Shown piece after piece: positions 1-9,505 of a stretch of DNA of 64,000 nucleotides (the first letter of the stretch is position 1; each line of letters begins with the position of its first letter). The notes under the pieces are model-generated. The model had not been told where the DNA came from. It was given only the letters and a program-made list of their open reading frames with translations, and did no database searches. A program made the position numbers and the translations under genes. The DNA lies in assembly GCA_964430265.1 (NCBI GenBank), contig CAYSEI010000001.1, positions 154,786 through 218,785 of the forward strand. The letters run 5' to 3'. Source of the DNA: an uncultured Pseudomonadales bacterium (GTDB taxonomy: Bacteria > Patescibacteriota > Microgenomatia > UBA1400 > CAYXSR01).

Positions 1-758
1 TTCCTGACATTGATGATACTTTGGCAGGACTGCAAAAAGGCAATCTAATAATTTTAGCTGCCAGGCCGGGTATGGGTAAAACAGCTCTGGCTTTAAACAT
101 CGCCCAAAATGTAGCGGTTAAAAACAATCTTCCGATTGGCTTTTTTTCTTTAGAAATGAGTAAAGAAGAATTAATTGACAGATTATTGGTTGCACAAGGT
201 GATATTGATGCATGGCGCTTAAAAACAGGCAGGTTGAGTGAAGATGATTTTACCAAACTTTCGGACGCAATGGGAGAACTTGCAGAAGCGCCTTTATATA
301 TAGATGACACTCCCGCAATGTCAATTTTGGAAATGCGTACTAAAGCTAGAAGATTAAAAGTTGAACATGGTTTGAAATTAATAATTGTAGACTATTTGCA
401 GCTGGCAAAAGCCGGAAGAAAATGGGATTCGAGGGTGCAGGAAGTTTCAGAAATATCGCAAGGTTTAAAAAACCTTGCAAGAGAGCTCAAGGTTCCTGTT
501 CTTTCTTTATCACAATTATCCAGGGCAATAGAAAAAAGAGGAAGTTCAAAACCCAAGTTGGCAGATTTAAGGGAATCCGGAGCATTAGAGCAGGATGCAG
601 ACGTGGTAATGTTTTTATATAGAAAAGACAAGGAAAATTTGGAAAATGTAAACCTATCGATTGCTAAACACCGTAATGGACCTTTAGGAATTATTAACCT
701 TTACTTCCGTGGAGATAGGATAAAGTTTTTTCCTGGCAGCGGCAGAAAAGAAGATTAA
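1..758 (+). CDS. dnaB: Replicative DNA helicase DnaB, C-terminal RecA-like domain; 5' end lies outside the window
   Basis: The frame is open from the window edge. Walker A ARPGMGKTALALN and DnaB C-domain motifs are present (SLEMS, DYLQL, SQLSR, ESGALEQDADVVMFLYR). Confidence 0.85.
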   Translation, partial: PDIDDTLAGLQKGNLIILAARPGMGKTALALNIAQNVAVKNNLPIGFFSLEMSKEELIDRLLVAQGDIDAWRLKTGRLSEDDFTKLSDAMGELAEAPLYIDDTPAMSILEMRTKARRLKVEHGLKLIIVDYLQLAKAGRKWDSRVQEVSEISQGLKNLARELKVPVLSLSQLSRAIEKRGSSKPKLADLRESGALEQDADVVMFLYRKDKENLENVNLSIAKHRNGPLGIINLYFRGDRIKFFPGSGRKED

Positions 759-810
759 AAATAATTAATTTTAAACATAATTAATATATTCAAGAGCAAA
801 GGAGGTGAAA

Positions 811-1206
811 ATGAAAAAACTTGACATTTTAGAATGTCAGCAGTGCGGACATCAGATAGAAATACTACGTGCAGGTACTGGGGAAATTGTTTGTTGTGGT
901 GAACCAATGGAAAAATTACAGGAAAAAACGGACGAAGAAGGATTGGAAGAAAAACATGTACCAGTAGTTGAAATAGAAGGGGATGATGTTTTTGTTGAAA
1001 TCGGTTCTGTTGAGCATCCAATGATTGATAAACACTATATTGAATGGATTCAGGTAATATTAGGCGATAAAAGTTATCGTCAATTCTTAAATCCCGGTGA
1101 GGCTCCTGAAGCCCATTTTGATATAGAGGAAGAGGACCTATCTTTGGAGCAAATTATTGTCCGTGAACATTGTAATATTCACGGCTTATGGAAAAAAGGA
1201 GAGTGA
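811..1206 (+). CDS. dfx: Desulfoferrodoxin-type superoxide reductase
   Basis: N-terminal desulforedoxin Cys4 site (CQQCGH...VCCGEPM). C-terminal neelaredoxin domain with HYIEWI and the CNIHGLW motif. GGAGGTG RBS at 801-807, 3 nt before the ATG at 811. Confidence 0.8.
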   Translation: MKKLDILECQQCGHQIEILRAGTGEIVCCGEPMEKLQEKTDEEGLEEKHVPVVEIEGDDVFVEIGSVEHPMIDKHYIEWIQVILGDKSYRQFLNPGEAPEAHFDIEEEDLSLEQIIVREHCNIHGLWKKGE

Positions 1207-1670
1207 AGTATTTAGTTGTATATACTTCTATACATCACAAAAATACAGAAAAAATAGCTAAAGAAATAGCTGAAGAGTTAGTTGCAGATTTAAAAAGAGC
1301 TAGGGATATAAAACCTAGCTCTTTTAAGCGTTATGAGTTAATTGGTTTTGGTTCCGGTATATACTTTGGAAAACACCACAAAAATATTCTTGAATTAATT
1401 AAAAAAGCAGATGCTTTAGCCAATAAACACGTATTTATTTTTTCAACCCGTGGAATGCCGTTGGTAGGAAAATTTTATCATAAAGAATTAAGAAAGATAT
1501 TGAAAAATAAAAAAGCTGAAATAGTTGGAGAATTTTCCTGCAGGGGACATGATACATACTATGATTTTTTAAAGAAAATAGGCGGGATAGCCAAAGGACA
1601 TCCGGATAAAAAAGATTTAGAAAGAGCAAGCAGTTTTGCAAAAAAGACAAAAGGAAAATTGGAAGATTAA
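1188..1670 (+). CDS. Flavodoxin-like protein
   Basis: N-terminal KYLVVYTSIHHKNTEKIAKEIAEEL resembles a flavodoxin FMN-binding loop. Overlaps the dfx 3' end, so probably co-transcribed. Start is ambiguous between ATG 1188 and in-frame GTG 1203. Confidence 0.55.
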   Translation: MEKRRVKYLVVYTSIHHKNTEKIAKEIAEELVADLKRARDIKPSSFKRYELIGFGSGIYFGKHHKNILELIKKADALANKHVFIFSTRGMPLVGKFYHKELRKILKNKKAEIVGEFSCRGHDTYYDFLKKIGGIAKGHPDKKDLERASSFAKKTKGKLED

Positions 1671-1676
1671 TTAATG

Positions 1677-1761
1677 TGCCGTGGGTGGGAGTCGAACCCA
1701 CACGGAGGAACACTCCACCGGTTTTTGAGACCGGCCTGTCTGCCAGTTCCAGCACCACGGC
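1677..1761 (-). tRNA. tRNA-Leu(CAA), class II with long variable arm
   Basis: Manually folded: acceptor GCCGTGG/CCACGGC, anticodon stem CCGGT/ACCGG with loop CTCAAAA (anticodon CAA), 16-nt variable arm, T-arm GTGGG-TTCGACT-CCCAC. 85 nt, CCA not encoded. Confidence 0.85.
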
Positions 1762-1798
1762 AAATCAAGATATATTATAACTGATTTTTTCTTGCAGT

Positions 1799-2452
1799 TC
1801 AGTCCTTATTTTTAGAAAGCAGTTTGATTAATAGCCATCCTGTGGCAAATCCTCCCACATGTGCAAAGTAGGCAATACCTCCGGTAGCTTGGTTCATGTA
1901 GGCTAGGCTGCCAAAACCCGAAATAAGTTCAAATATAAACCAGTAAAAAAGCATGAAATAAGCCGGTACGGTAGCGGTTCTTAAAACAAATCCAAAAGGT
2001 ATAAGAATCTCAATTTCTCTTCTCGGGTATAATACAAGATAACCTCCCATAACTCCGGCAATTGCACCGGATGCTCCCAAACTGGGAATGGTTGATCCAG
2101 TATTGATCAATATTTGTAATCCTGAAGCTCCTAGTCCGGTTATAAGATAAAATAGCAGGTATTTAAAATGTCCTAAACGATCCTCAAGGTTATCGCCAAA
2201 TATATGTAAAAAAAGCATGTTACCGAAAAGGTGCGCAAGCCCGCCGTGTAAAAAGAGTGAAGTCAATAGTGTATAAAGATTTTGCCCTTGGATAATTAAA
2301 TTCGGGACAACAGCATAATTGTTTATAAAACTTCTTAATTCGCCATTAGGAAGGGTAAAAGTAAAAAAGAAAACAATAATATTTACAGCAATTAAACTGT
2401 AGGTTACAAAAGGCAGTCTTCCTGAAGGGTTGTGATCTCTTATTGGTATCAT
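1799..2452 (-). CDS. Rhomboid family intramembrane serine protease
   Basis: Multi-pass membrane protein with the GASGAIAG catalytic Ser motif and the downstream AHVGGFATG His motif. Confidence 0.8.
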   Translation of the reverse strand: MIPIRDHNPSGRLPFVTYSLIAVNIIVFFFTFTLPNGELRSFINNYAVVPNLIIQGQNLYTLLTSLFLHGGLAHLFGNMLFLHIFGDNLEDRLGHFKYLLFYLITGLGASGLQILINTGSTIPSLGASGAIAGVMGGYLVLYPRREIEILIPFGFVLRTATVPAYFMLFYWFIFELISGFGSLAYMNQATGGIAYFAHVGGFATGWLLIKLLSKNKD

Positions 2453-2558
2453 AATGCAATTATACCACGCATTAAAGATGCAGTTATAAATAAAAATTAA
2501 GGGAGAATAATTGTATATTAAAGTTAATTTTTAATGAAGTTTTTAATTTTAAACTTTG

Positions 2559-2567
2559 TGCTATAAT
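2559..2567 (+). promoter_or_regulatory. Extended -10 promoter element TGcTATAAT, 7 nt upstream of the efp ATG (probable leaderless transcript)
   Basis: TGCTATAAT at 2559-2567, ATG at 2575. No Shine-Dalgarno sequence in between. Confidence 0.5.
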
Positions 2568-2574
2568 ATCAATT

Positions 2575-3138
2575 ATGTTTACAGCAGATGAGTTACGGAA
2601 CGGAACCACTTTTGTATATAGGAATGATCCTTACAGGGTTGTAAAATACCGCCATAGTCATATTTCGCGTAGGGGTGCTAATTATAAGGTAAAAGCAAAA
2701 AATCTAAAGACGGGTTCAGTACAAACGTTTACATTTGGTTCCAAGGATAAATTTGAAGACGCATTTTTACAAAAAAAGAAAATGCAGTATTTATACAGTC
2801 AGGATGACTCGTTGGTATTAATGGATTTGAATGATTATCAGCAAAAACAACTGGACAAAAAGAAATTTGAAAAAGCTGCAAAGTTTTTAAAAGAAGGAGA
2901 AGAAGTATATGTTTGGATTTGGGATGATGAAATTTTGGAAATAGATTTGCCAACAGCGGTTGCTTTAAAAGTAGAAAAAGCACCTCCAGGTGTTAAAGGC
3001 GACTCAGCAACCGGGGCAACAAAAAAAGTGACTCTGGAAAATGGATTGGAAGTAAGAGTCCCGCTATTTATTAACAAAGGAGAAAAGATCTTGGTTGATA
3101 CGCGTAGTGAGGAATATTTGGAAAGATTTAAAGATTAA
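2575..3138 (+). CDS. efp: Elongation factor P
   Basis: EF-P signature regions: GDSATGATKKVTLENGLEVRVPLFINKGEKILVDTRSEEY and the N-terminal KNLKTGS loop. Confidence 0.9.
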   Translation: MFTADELRNGTTFVYRNDPYRVVKYRHSHISRRGANYKVKAKNLKTGSVQTFTFGSKDKFEDAFLQKKKMQYLYSQDDSLVLMDLNDYQQKQLDKKKFEKAAKFLKEGEEVYVWIWDDEILEIDLPTAVALKVEKAPPGVKGDSATGATKKVTLENGLEVRVPLFINKGEKILVDTRSEEYLERFKD

Positions 3139-3601
3139 TAAAAGAAAGAACTGTAGCTCCTAAAGTAATTATTTGTGTTAACAATCCCCAAAAAATGTTG
3201 CCGTCCGCTTGATAATTGTGTTCAAACTGAACATATTTATCCATTAATTTATTACTGTAGTTTAAAAAATAGTAAGGGGCTTCAACCAAGTCGGGAAGGA
3301 TAGCAAAAAAAGCTCCTGTCCAAATTAAAATTACTTGCATTAATGATGCGTTTGTGAAGTAGGCGACTGCTGCAAGTGAAAGGTTGGCAACAACGACATC
3401 AGTAATAATGATTTTCAATGAATTTTTGCTAATTGATTTGCTTTTACTGTATTCAGTATAAATATGTGGATTCCAGTGGGGGATGAAAAAGTCAAAAATG
3501 AAATGGCTGAGAAAAGCCATTAATATACCAAGAAAGGGATTGTTCATTTTTAACATTAATAGCGCGCCAATTAAGGCATGGGGAGTTGTTAGCATACGCA
3601 T
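3128..3601 (-). CDS. Hypothetical multi-pass membrane protein
   Basis: ORF with four to five hydrophobic segments. No recognisable motif. Confidence 0.4.
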   Translation of the reverse strand: MRMLTTPHALIGALLMLKMNNPFLGILMAFLSHFIFDFFIPHWNPHIYTEYSKSKSISKNSLKIIITDVVVANLSLAAVAYFTNASLMQVILIWTGAFFAILPDLVEAPYYFLNYSNKLMDKYVQFEHNYQADGNIFWGLLTQIITLGATVLSFINL

Positions 3602-3654
3602 GGAGTATAGCAGAAATTGATTTCATTAGTCAACTACTATGCTATAATATTTTC

Positions 3655-4581
3655 ATGTTACCAACATTAATTCAAATTGGTCCGATTGTAATATCTTCTT
3701 TGGGAGTGCTTATAGGGATTGGGTTTTTATTTGGCAGCTTTGTATTTTGGAAAAGGGGTAAAAAAGAATACTTTAAAGAAGAAGAATTAATGGACAGTGC
3801 TATTTTAACTGCAATTGCAGGTATTTTTGGTGCCAGGCTTGGATATGTTTTTTTAAATCTTTCTCAATTTAAAGGACATTTTTGGCGGATATTTGATGTT
3901 GTAGGTTATCCTGGCTTTTGGCAGTTGTCCGGAATAGTCTCTGCTTTTTTAATGCTTTGGTATTTTGGCAAGAAAAAGGGTTGGGACTTTTTTAAGGTAG
4001 CAGACATTTTTTGTTTTGGATTAACTCTTTTTTTAATATTTTTAAGGTTTGGTCTTTTTTTAGACGGTAGTTATTATGGTGTCAAGACAGATTTACCTTG
4101 GGGTCTTAGGTTTCCCGGTTTAATAGAAAAAAGACACCCGATACAAATATATGAAATAATTTTATTTTTTATTTTTTATCAATGGCTTTTTTGGGCGGAA
4201 AAAAATTACCGTACATTTGAATGGTACCAGGGCAAAAAAGGTCAAGCTAAAGAAGGTTTTCTTTTATCTTCTTTTTTCATCTTTTTTGGTTTAAGCCGAT
4301 TTGCTGTTGAATTTATACGCGTTGATACAATATATTGGAATTCACTGAGTATTTCACAATGGACAGCATTATTGTTTTTAGTTAGTGGTTTGATAATCTT
4401 GTTTACAAGAAGCGGGCAGGAGCTGAATATTGACATGGATTTAAGCGGAAAGAAGGATAAGGATAGTAAAAAAGAAGATACGGAAGAATTAAATAAGAAA
4501 AAAGAAAGGGAGAAACCTGTTAGAAAAAGGAAGAAAGTCAAAAAGAAACGTTTTAAAACAGGGGTGGATGCAAAGAAATAA
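3655..4581 (+). CDS. lgt: Prolipoprotein diacylglyceryl transferase with Lys-rich C-terminal tail
   Basis: Lgt signature RHPIQIYE plus the GYPGFWQ and FLDGSYYG blocks. Start reassigned to ATG 3655 (MLPTLIQIGP), which is preceded by TGcTATAAT at 3640-3648. The last ~60 aa are KKE-rich. Confidence 0.8.
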   Translation: MLPTLIQIGPIVISSLGVLIGIGFLFGSFVFWKRGKKEYFKEEELMDSAILTAIAGIFGARLGYVFLNLSQFKGHFWRIFDVVGYPGFWQLSGIVSAFLMLWYFGKKKGWDFFKVADIFCFGLTLFLIFLRFGLFLDGSYYGVKTDLPWGLRFPGLIEKRHPIQIYEIILFFIFYQWLFWAEKNYRTFEWYQGKKGQAKEGFLLSSFFIFFGLSRFAVEFIRVDTIYWNSLSISQWTALLFLVSGLIILFTRSGQELNIDMDLSGKKDKDSKKEDTEELNKKKEREKPVRKRKKVKKKRFKTGVDAKK

Positions 4582-4605
4582 TAAATTAATTGTAAGGAGG
4601 CAGAA

Positions 4606-4974
4606 GTGGCTAAAGTGAAGTTTCCGTTATCAGTACTAGAACCAGTAAGAAACTATCTGCAAAAAGAGGAAAAAAAACTAAGAAAAAGGAAAAAGGAGCT
4701 TTCTAAGGAAGATCCTTTTGAAGATCCGGATAGATTAAACGACAATGCAGCGGATTCTGATGCAGCTGAAAAAATTGGGCACGACAGGGTTTCTGCACTA
4801 AAAAAAGAAATTGACAAAACTTTAATTGAAGTAAGAAAAACTTTGACTAAGATTAAGCTGGGTAAATACGGACTTTGTGAAAGTTGTGGTGAGTTAATTG
4901 ATACTGATAGACTGTCAATAAAGCCAACTGCAGATTTATGCATGAAATGCTTAAAAAAGAAAAGCAAAAATTAA
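4606..4974 (+). CDS. DksA/TraR family C4 zinc-finger protein
   Basis: C-terminal CESCGELIDTDRLSIKPTADLCMKC (CxxC-x17-CxxC) follows a coiled-coil region. GTG start at 4606 with AAGGAGG RBS at 4594-4600. Confidence 0.7.
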   Translation: MAKVKFPLSVLEPVRNYLQKEEKKLRKRKKELSKEDPFEDPDRLNDNAADSDAAEKIGHDRVSALKKEIDKTLIEVRKTLTKIKLGKYGLCESCGELIDTDRLSIKPTADLCMKCLKKKSKN

Positions 4975-5372
4975 TTACTGTTGGAATTATTGTTGCAGTT
5001 GATCAGTTAATTAAACAGCTTCTGCTAAAATTTGGTTATAATATTGTCCTCAATAAAAAGGGTTTTTTGGGTTTATTTGATTCAAACAAAATTGCTATTA
5101 TTGTATTTGTTTTTTTGTTGATCTTTTTATACTTTTTTATTATTGCAAAAAAGAAAGAACCTTCTTTAGGTTTTTTAATGGTAATGGGGGGAGGGATTAG
5201 TAATGGTTTTGACTTTATTTTGCATAAGGGAATTATTGACTACATAAAACTTTCATTTTTACCACTAATTGGTAACTATCTTCCCATATTTAATTTGGCT
5301 GATTTAGCCATATCAACAGGTGTAATTATTATTGTTATTAATATGATAATAACAGAGGAAGAACAGGATTAG
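4938..5372 (+). CDS. lspA: Lipoprotein signal peptidase II
   Basis: SPase II conserved blocks GGGISNGFDFILHKGIIDY and FNLADLAISTGVI. An alternative start is ATG 4947. Overlaps the dksA-like 3' end. Confidence 0.75.
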   Translation: MHEMLKKEKQKLITVGIIVAVDQLIKQLLLKFGYNIVLNKKGFLGLFDSNKIAIIVFVFLLIFLYFFIIAKKKEPSLGFLMVMGGGISNGFDFILHKGIIDYIKLSFLPLIGNYLPIFNLADLAISTGVIIIVINMIITEEEQD

Positions 5373-5437
5373 ATTACTTGACAAAGTAATTGGTTTTGCT
5401 ATAATTCCAACTTGTCCCAATCTAATATTGGGATTTT

Positions 5438-5980
5438 ATGTTAATAACAACTATTTTCTCCCTATACTTGGAAGCCAGAGTTGCTTTGGCGCCCAGAATT
5501 AACAAAATCCAACAAGATAGTAAATACGTGGATTTGGCTTCTTATGGCAAAATACCGCTTAAAAGTGAAAAAAAAGTATTTAAAGATAAAAAAATGGATA
5601 ATAAAGATAAAAAGACTGATAAAATAGCTCAACAAACAAGTGCTATTAATAGGCAAGTTAAGGCTGAAGTTCCGGTAAGTATTTCTTCTATTCAAGAAAT
5701 CAGGGATTTTTTTGAAAAGTACGGCAATGAATATGGATTAGATCCTAAATTGCTTGAAAAAATTGCCTATTGTGAATCAGGATTTAACAATCGGGCGGTA
5801 AATGGTCCTTATGCAGGCCTTTTTCAATTCTGTTCCAGTACTTGGGTTTCAAACAGAAGAGCATTGGGGCTTAATACTAATCCAAATTTGAGGTTTAATG
5901 CAGAAGAATCTGTAAGAACAGCTGCTTTTAAAATATCCCGTGACGGAACTGGGGCCTGGCCGGTTTGCGGAAACATTTAA
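5438..5980 (+). CDS. Transglycosylase-like (IsaA/SceD/Rpf-like) domain protein with N-terminal membrane anchor
   Basis: C-terminal CESGFNNRAVNGPYAGLFQF..STW matches the transglycosylase-like domain signature. N-terminal hydrophobic segment. Confidence 0.55.
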   Translation: MLITTIFSLYLEARVALAPRINKIQQDSKYVDLASYGKIPLKSEKKVFKDKKMDNKDKKTDKIAQQTSAINRQVKAEVPVSISSIQEIRDFFEKYGNEYGLDPKLLEKIAYCESGFNNRAVNGPYAGLFQFCSSTWVSNRRALGLNTNPNLRFNAEESVRTAAFKISRDGTGAWPVCGNI

Positions 5981-6045
5981 TTTTTCTCTGGTTAATTTGT
6001 TCATGTTTTGTAATTACTATAGATTCTTTAATGTATAATTAAGCT

Positions 6046-6816
6046 ATGCTTGAACCACAAATAATTTATGAAGACAATTCAATCCTTGTAGTTAATAAAC
6101 CTTTTGGTTTGATAGTGAATAATTCTGAAAGTGCACGTGCATTAACATTACAAGCTTGGTTAAAGAAAAATCGTGAATATCACAAAAAAATAAGTGGGAA
6201 TAAACAAATAGAAAAGGAATTTAAAAAGAGGACTGGGATAGTACATAGATTGGACAGGGAGACAAGCGGTGTAATGGTGGTAGCAAAATCAATCAAGGCT
6301 TTTAAAGAACTTAAACAACAGTTTAAAGCCCGAGAAACGAGGAAGTTATATTATTGTTTAGTACATGGTTATGTAGAACCTCAAAAAGGTCATATACGCT
6401 GGCCAATTGCAAGGAATCCCAGAAATCGGTTGCGTTTTGCAGTTCGTGCCAAGGGTAGAATGTCTGAAACATTTTACAAAGTGGAGGAGAGGTATAAAAA
6501 AGAAAACAAAGAAACTGATCATGGTAAGAAAATAAATAAAGATTACACTTTTTTAAAAGTATTTCCTAAGACTGGCAGGACACACCAAATTAGAGTACAC
6601 TTGGATTTTATTGGTCACACAATTGTTTCTGACAGTTTGTATCTAAGCGGTGATAAATATCAGGAGGATTTGAATTGGTGTCCGCGCTTGTTTCTTCATG
6701 CAGCAGAATTGACATTCTTACACCCGAAAAAAGGGAAAAAAATGACTTTTGAAGCTTTAATGCCAAAACAGCTAAACCAGGTATTAAAACAGAACTTAAG
6801 CTTGACAATAAAATAA
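6046..6816 (+). CDS. RluA-family pseudouridine synthase
   Basis: Catalytic motif HRLDRETSGVMVVAK and the HQIRVHL block. Preceded by TGTATAAT at 6032-6039, 6 nt before the ATG. Confidence 0.85.
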   Translation: MLEPQIIYEDNSILVVNKPFGLIVNNSESARALTLQAWLKKNREYHKKISGNKQIEKEFKKRTGIVHRLDRETSGVMVVAKSIKAFKELKQQFKARETRKLYYCLVHGYVEPQKGHIRWPIARNPRNRLRFAVRAKGRMSETFYKVEERYKKENKETDHGKKINKDYTFLKVFPKTGRTHQIRVHLDFIGHTIVSDSLYLSGDKYQEDLNWCPRLFLHAAELTFLHPKKGKKMTFEALMPKQLNQVLKQNLSLTIK

Positions 6817-6840
6817 GAACTTAGTTAAGATATACTTAAT

Positions 6841-7023
6841 ATGGATAAAAACAATCAGTCTGTTTTACAAGAGGAAGTACAAGAAAACGATGTTCAAGAA
6901 AACATTGAGGAAACAAAGGCAACAAATGAGGATCTTGAAAAAGCAGCGAAAACAGTGCAAGAGCAAGTAATGAAAGAGTTAAATAAAATAGCGGATACAG
7001 AAAACACCTCCCAAGACGAATAA
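6841..7023 (+). CDS. Small acidic hypothetical protein
   Basis: 60-aa Glu/Asp-rich ORF with no motif. Coding status is uncertain. Confidence 0.3.
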   Translation: MDKNNQSVLQEEVQENDVQENIEETKATNEDLEKAAKTVQEQVMKELNKIADTENTSQDE

Positions 7024-7077
7024 TACTAACGTCTTTTCAACTTATCTATTTTGTAATAGCTGTTTAGTTAGTTATTT

Positions 7078-8001
7078 GTGATATATTATTTTTATATGCA
7101 AAAGAGATCAATAAGCGGAATTATTCTTAAATGGCTTAAATTATTAATTTTTATAAGCTTTATTGTTGGAGTGATTTTTTTGCTTATACAGGGAGTAAAA
7201 GCTTTTAAAAACTCTGTGTGGGAAAAAGAAAATACTCTCAGCTATGTGAAAATAGGAGAGGAAATAGAGTTGTATTCTTTTCATCCGCAAGAAGATAAAT
7301 TTTTTATTGTAGATTTTCCTGAAGAAATTTTAATCAATACTGCTAAAGGTTTTGGGGAATATAAATTAAAAAACATCTATGCTTTAGGGGAACAAGAAGG
7401 GATAGGTGGAGGTAAGCTTTTATCTTATAGTCTACAAAATTATTTGGAAGGACCAATTGACGGCTGGATCTTAAAAAAGAAAGGAATAAAAGGGTTTGAA
7501 GTTTCTAATTTTACCTGGTGGGATAGATTAAGAATATTTTGGAAAGAAAAAAATGTTAAGTTTAATCAAAAGGAAAGGATAGACCTTGAATCGGAAGGTT
7601 ATCTTCAAAAAGAAGAATTAGCTGACGGAACTGAAGTTTGGAAGTTTAAGGAAAACCAAAAAGAGAATCTTGCAATTAGAATTTTTGGAGATTCAAAGGT
7701 TATCCCCCTTAAACCACAAATAAAAGTCTTAAATGCTACCGGAAAGTCTAAACTTGGACAACATGTTGCAGAAATGTTGAGGAATATTGGTTTCCAGGTG
7801 GTGACAGTAAAAAACAATCCGGAAATTATGTCAAAAACATCTCTTGTTGCGTTTGAAGAAGAAAATAATAGATATAATTATCCGCGCAACAAAATTAGAA
7901 AGATTTTTTCTCTTAATAGAGTAGAGGAAAGAAGAGGTTTGGAGGTTGAGTTTATACTAAATATTGGTTTGGATTATTGGAGTGAATATTGGGGGAAATG
8001 A
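7078..8001 (+). CDS. LCP-like cell-envelope protein with LytR_C-type C-terminal domain
   Basis: N-terminal TM segment. The central GFGEYKL...LEGPIDGWIL block resembles LCP family. The C-terminal KVLNATGKSKLGQHVAEMLRNIGFQVVTV resembles LytR_C. The true start may be ATG 7096. Confidence 0.4.
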   Translation: MIYYFYMQKRSISGIILKWLKLLIFISFIVGVIFLLIQGVKAFKNSVWEKENTLSYVKIGEEIELYSFHPQEDKFFIVDFPEEILINTAKGFGEYKLKNIYALGEQEGIGGGKLLSYSLQNYLEGPIDGWILKKKGIKGFEVSNFTWWDRLRIFWKEKNVKFNQKERIDLESEGYLQKEELADGTEVWKFKENQKENLAIRIFGDSKVIPLKPQIKVLNATGKSKLGQHVAEMLRNIGFQVVTVKNNPEIMSKTSLVAFEEENNRYNYPRNKIRKIFSLNRVEERRGLEVEFILNIGLDYWSEYWGK

Positions 8002-8013
8002 TATAATATAACT

Positions 8014-8742
8014 ATGTCAGGACATTCAAAGTGGAGTAAAATCAAACACCAGAAAAGTGCAGAAGACAAGAAAAGAAGCAAGGTTTTTTCCAAGCTTTCT
8101 GAAGCAATATCAACTGCTGTAAAAGAGGGCGGTGGAGATGATCCGGAATTTAATGCCCGTTTGAAAATGGAAATTGAAAAAGCAAAAGAGGCAAATATGC
8201 CAAAAGAAAATATTCAAAGCGCAATTGACAGGGGTGCAGGAAGAGGAGAATACGGGAAAACAGAAAATATTGTTTATGAAGGTTTTGCACCTCACAAAGT
8301 TGCTCTGGTTATAAAATGCAATACTGATAATAGAAACAGAACTGCTTCAGAAATTAAATACTTGTTTGATAAAAATAACGGTTCTTTAGGTGCACCCGGA
8401 TCAAGCAGTTATCTTTTTGAGGAAAAAGGTATTTTGGAAATTTTAAAAAACAAGAATGGGGAAGAGCAGGCGTTGGAGTTAATGGAGATGAATATAGAAG
8501 ACTTTGAATTAAAAAAAGAAAAAATAAAAGTATATGTATTACCAAAAAATTTAAGCGATATTAAAAATAAAATTAAAGAGTCGGGTTTTGAAATAAAAAA
8601 AGCGGGGATAGTATTAGAACCAAAATCCACAATCACTCTTTCAGAAGATAAATATAAAAAGGTTAACAACTTCATAAATGACTTAAAAGAACACGATGAT
8701 GTTCAAATGGTCTTTAGTAATATTAAACTCATAAATGGATAA
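8014..8742 (+). CDS. yebC: YebC/PmpR family transcriptional regulator
   Basis: Diagnostic N-terminus MSGHSKWSKIKHQK and the EGGGDDPEFNARL block. Preceded by TGaTATAAT at 7999-8007, 6 nt before the ATG. Confidence 0.9.
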   Translation: MSGHSKWSKIKHQKSAEDKKRSKVFSKLSEAISTAVKEGGGDDPEFNARLKMEIEKAKEANMPKENIQSAIDRGAGRGEYGKTENIVYEGFAPHKVALVIKCNTDNRNRTASEIKYLFDKNNGSLGAPGSSSYLFEEKGILEILKNKNGEEQALELMEMNIEDFELKKEKIKVYVLPKNLSDIKNKIKESGFEIKKAGIVLEPKSTITLSEDKYKKVNNFINDLKEHDDVQMVFSNIKLING

Positions 8743-9505
8743 ACGTAAACGCTTTATTATTCAATCAGCTGTTTTATCAGCAGGTTTGTTAGCAATCCAA
8801 TCATTGTCATTGGAATGGCGGTATATTGCGGTTGCAGCCTTGTCGGTTCTGGCTTATTTTGCTTCTGCTTGGAGTTTAAGGGAGGCTTTAGTCAAGATTA
8901 GTTGGTTAACAGTTCTTCCGCTTACATTGCTTTACACGGCGGCTGTCAGTCTTTTCTATTTTCTTTTGCCTTCAAGCATTATTACCAGGATTGTGATTAT
9001 TTCTTTATTTGGAGTGGGTATGTATGCTTTACTTTTAACCAAAAATATTTTTCTGGTGGCGGCAGATAAAACTATTCAGCTTTTAAGAGCTGCCCAGGCG
9101 GTGGGATTTATAATTACTCTTATAACAGTTTTTTTTCTTTTTAACACAATTTTTTCGTTTAAACTAATTCCTTTAGAAAATAGTTTAATAAGCCTTGCTT
9201 TTGTGCCCTTTCTTGTTCTGTCTTCCTTGTGGAGTGTTTCTTTAAAAAAGTATATAGGGAAGAGGATAATAAATTATACTTTGGTTTTGGCTTGGTTAAT
9301 AGCCCAGCTAACCTTTTTTATTAGCTGTTGGCCTCTGTCAATAACTACCTCAGCCTTATTTTTAGTAAGCTATCTTTATGTAATTCTTGGAATTGTCCAA
9401 AACGCGATAATGGGAAAATTATTTAAAGATGTTTTAAAAGAATATCTTCGAGTTGCAATAATAATATTTATTTTAACTTTGTTTCTTGCAAATTGGACAC
9501 AATAA
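8735..9505 (+). CDS. Hypothetical polytopic membrane protein
   Basis: About 8 hydrophobic segments. No motif recognised. Confidence 0.4.
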   Translation: MDKRKRFIIQSAVLSAGLLAIQSLSLEWRYIAVAALSVLAYFASAWSLREALVKISWLTVLPLTLLYTAAVSLFYFLLPSSIITRIVIISLFGVGMYALLLTKNIFLVAADKTIQLLRAAQAVGFIITLITVFFLFNTIFSFKLIPLENSLISLAFVPFLVLSSLWSVSLKKYIGKRIINYTLVLAWLIAQLTFFISCWPLSITTSALFLVSYLYVILGIVQNAIMGKLFKDVLKEYLRVAIIIFILTLFLANWTQ

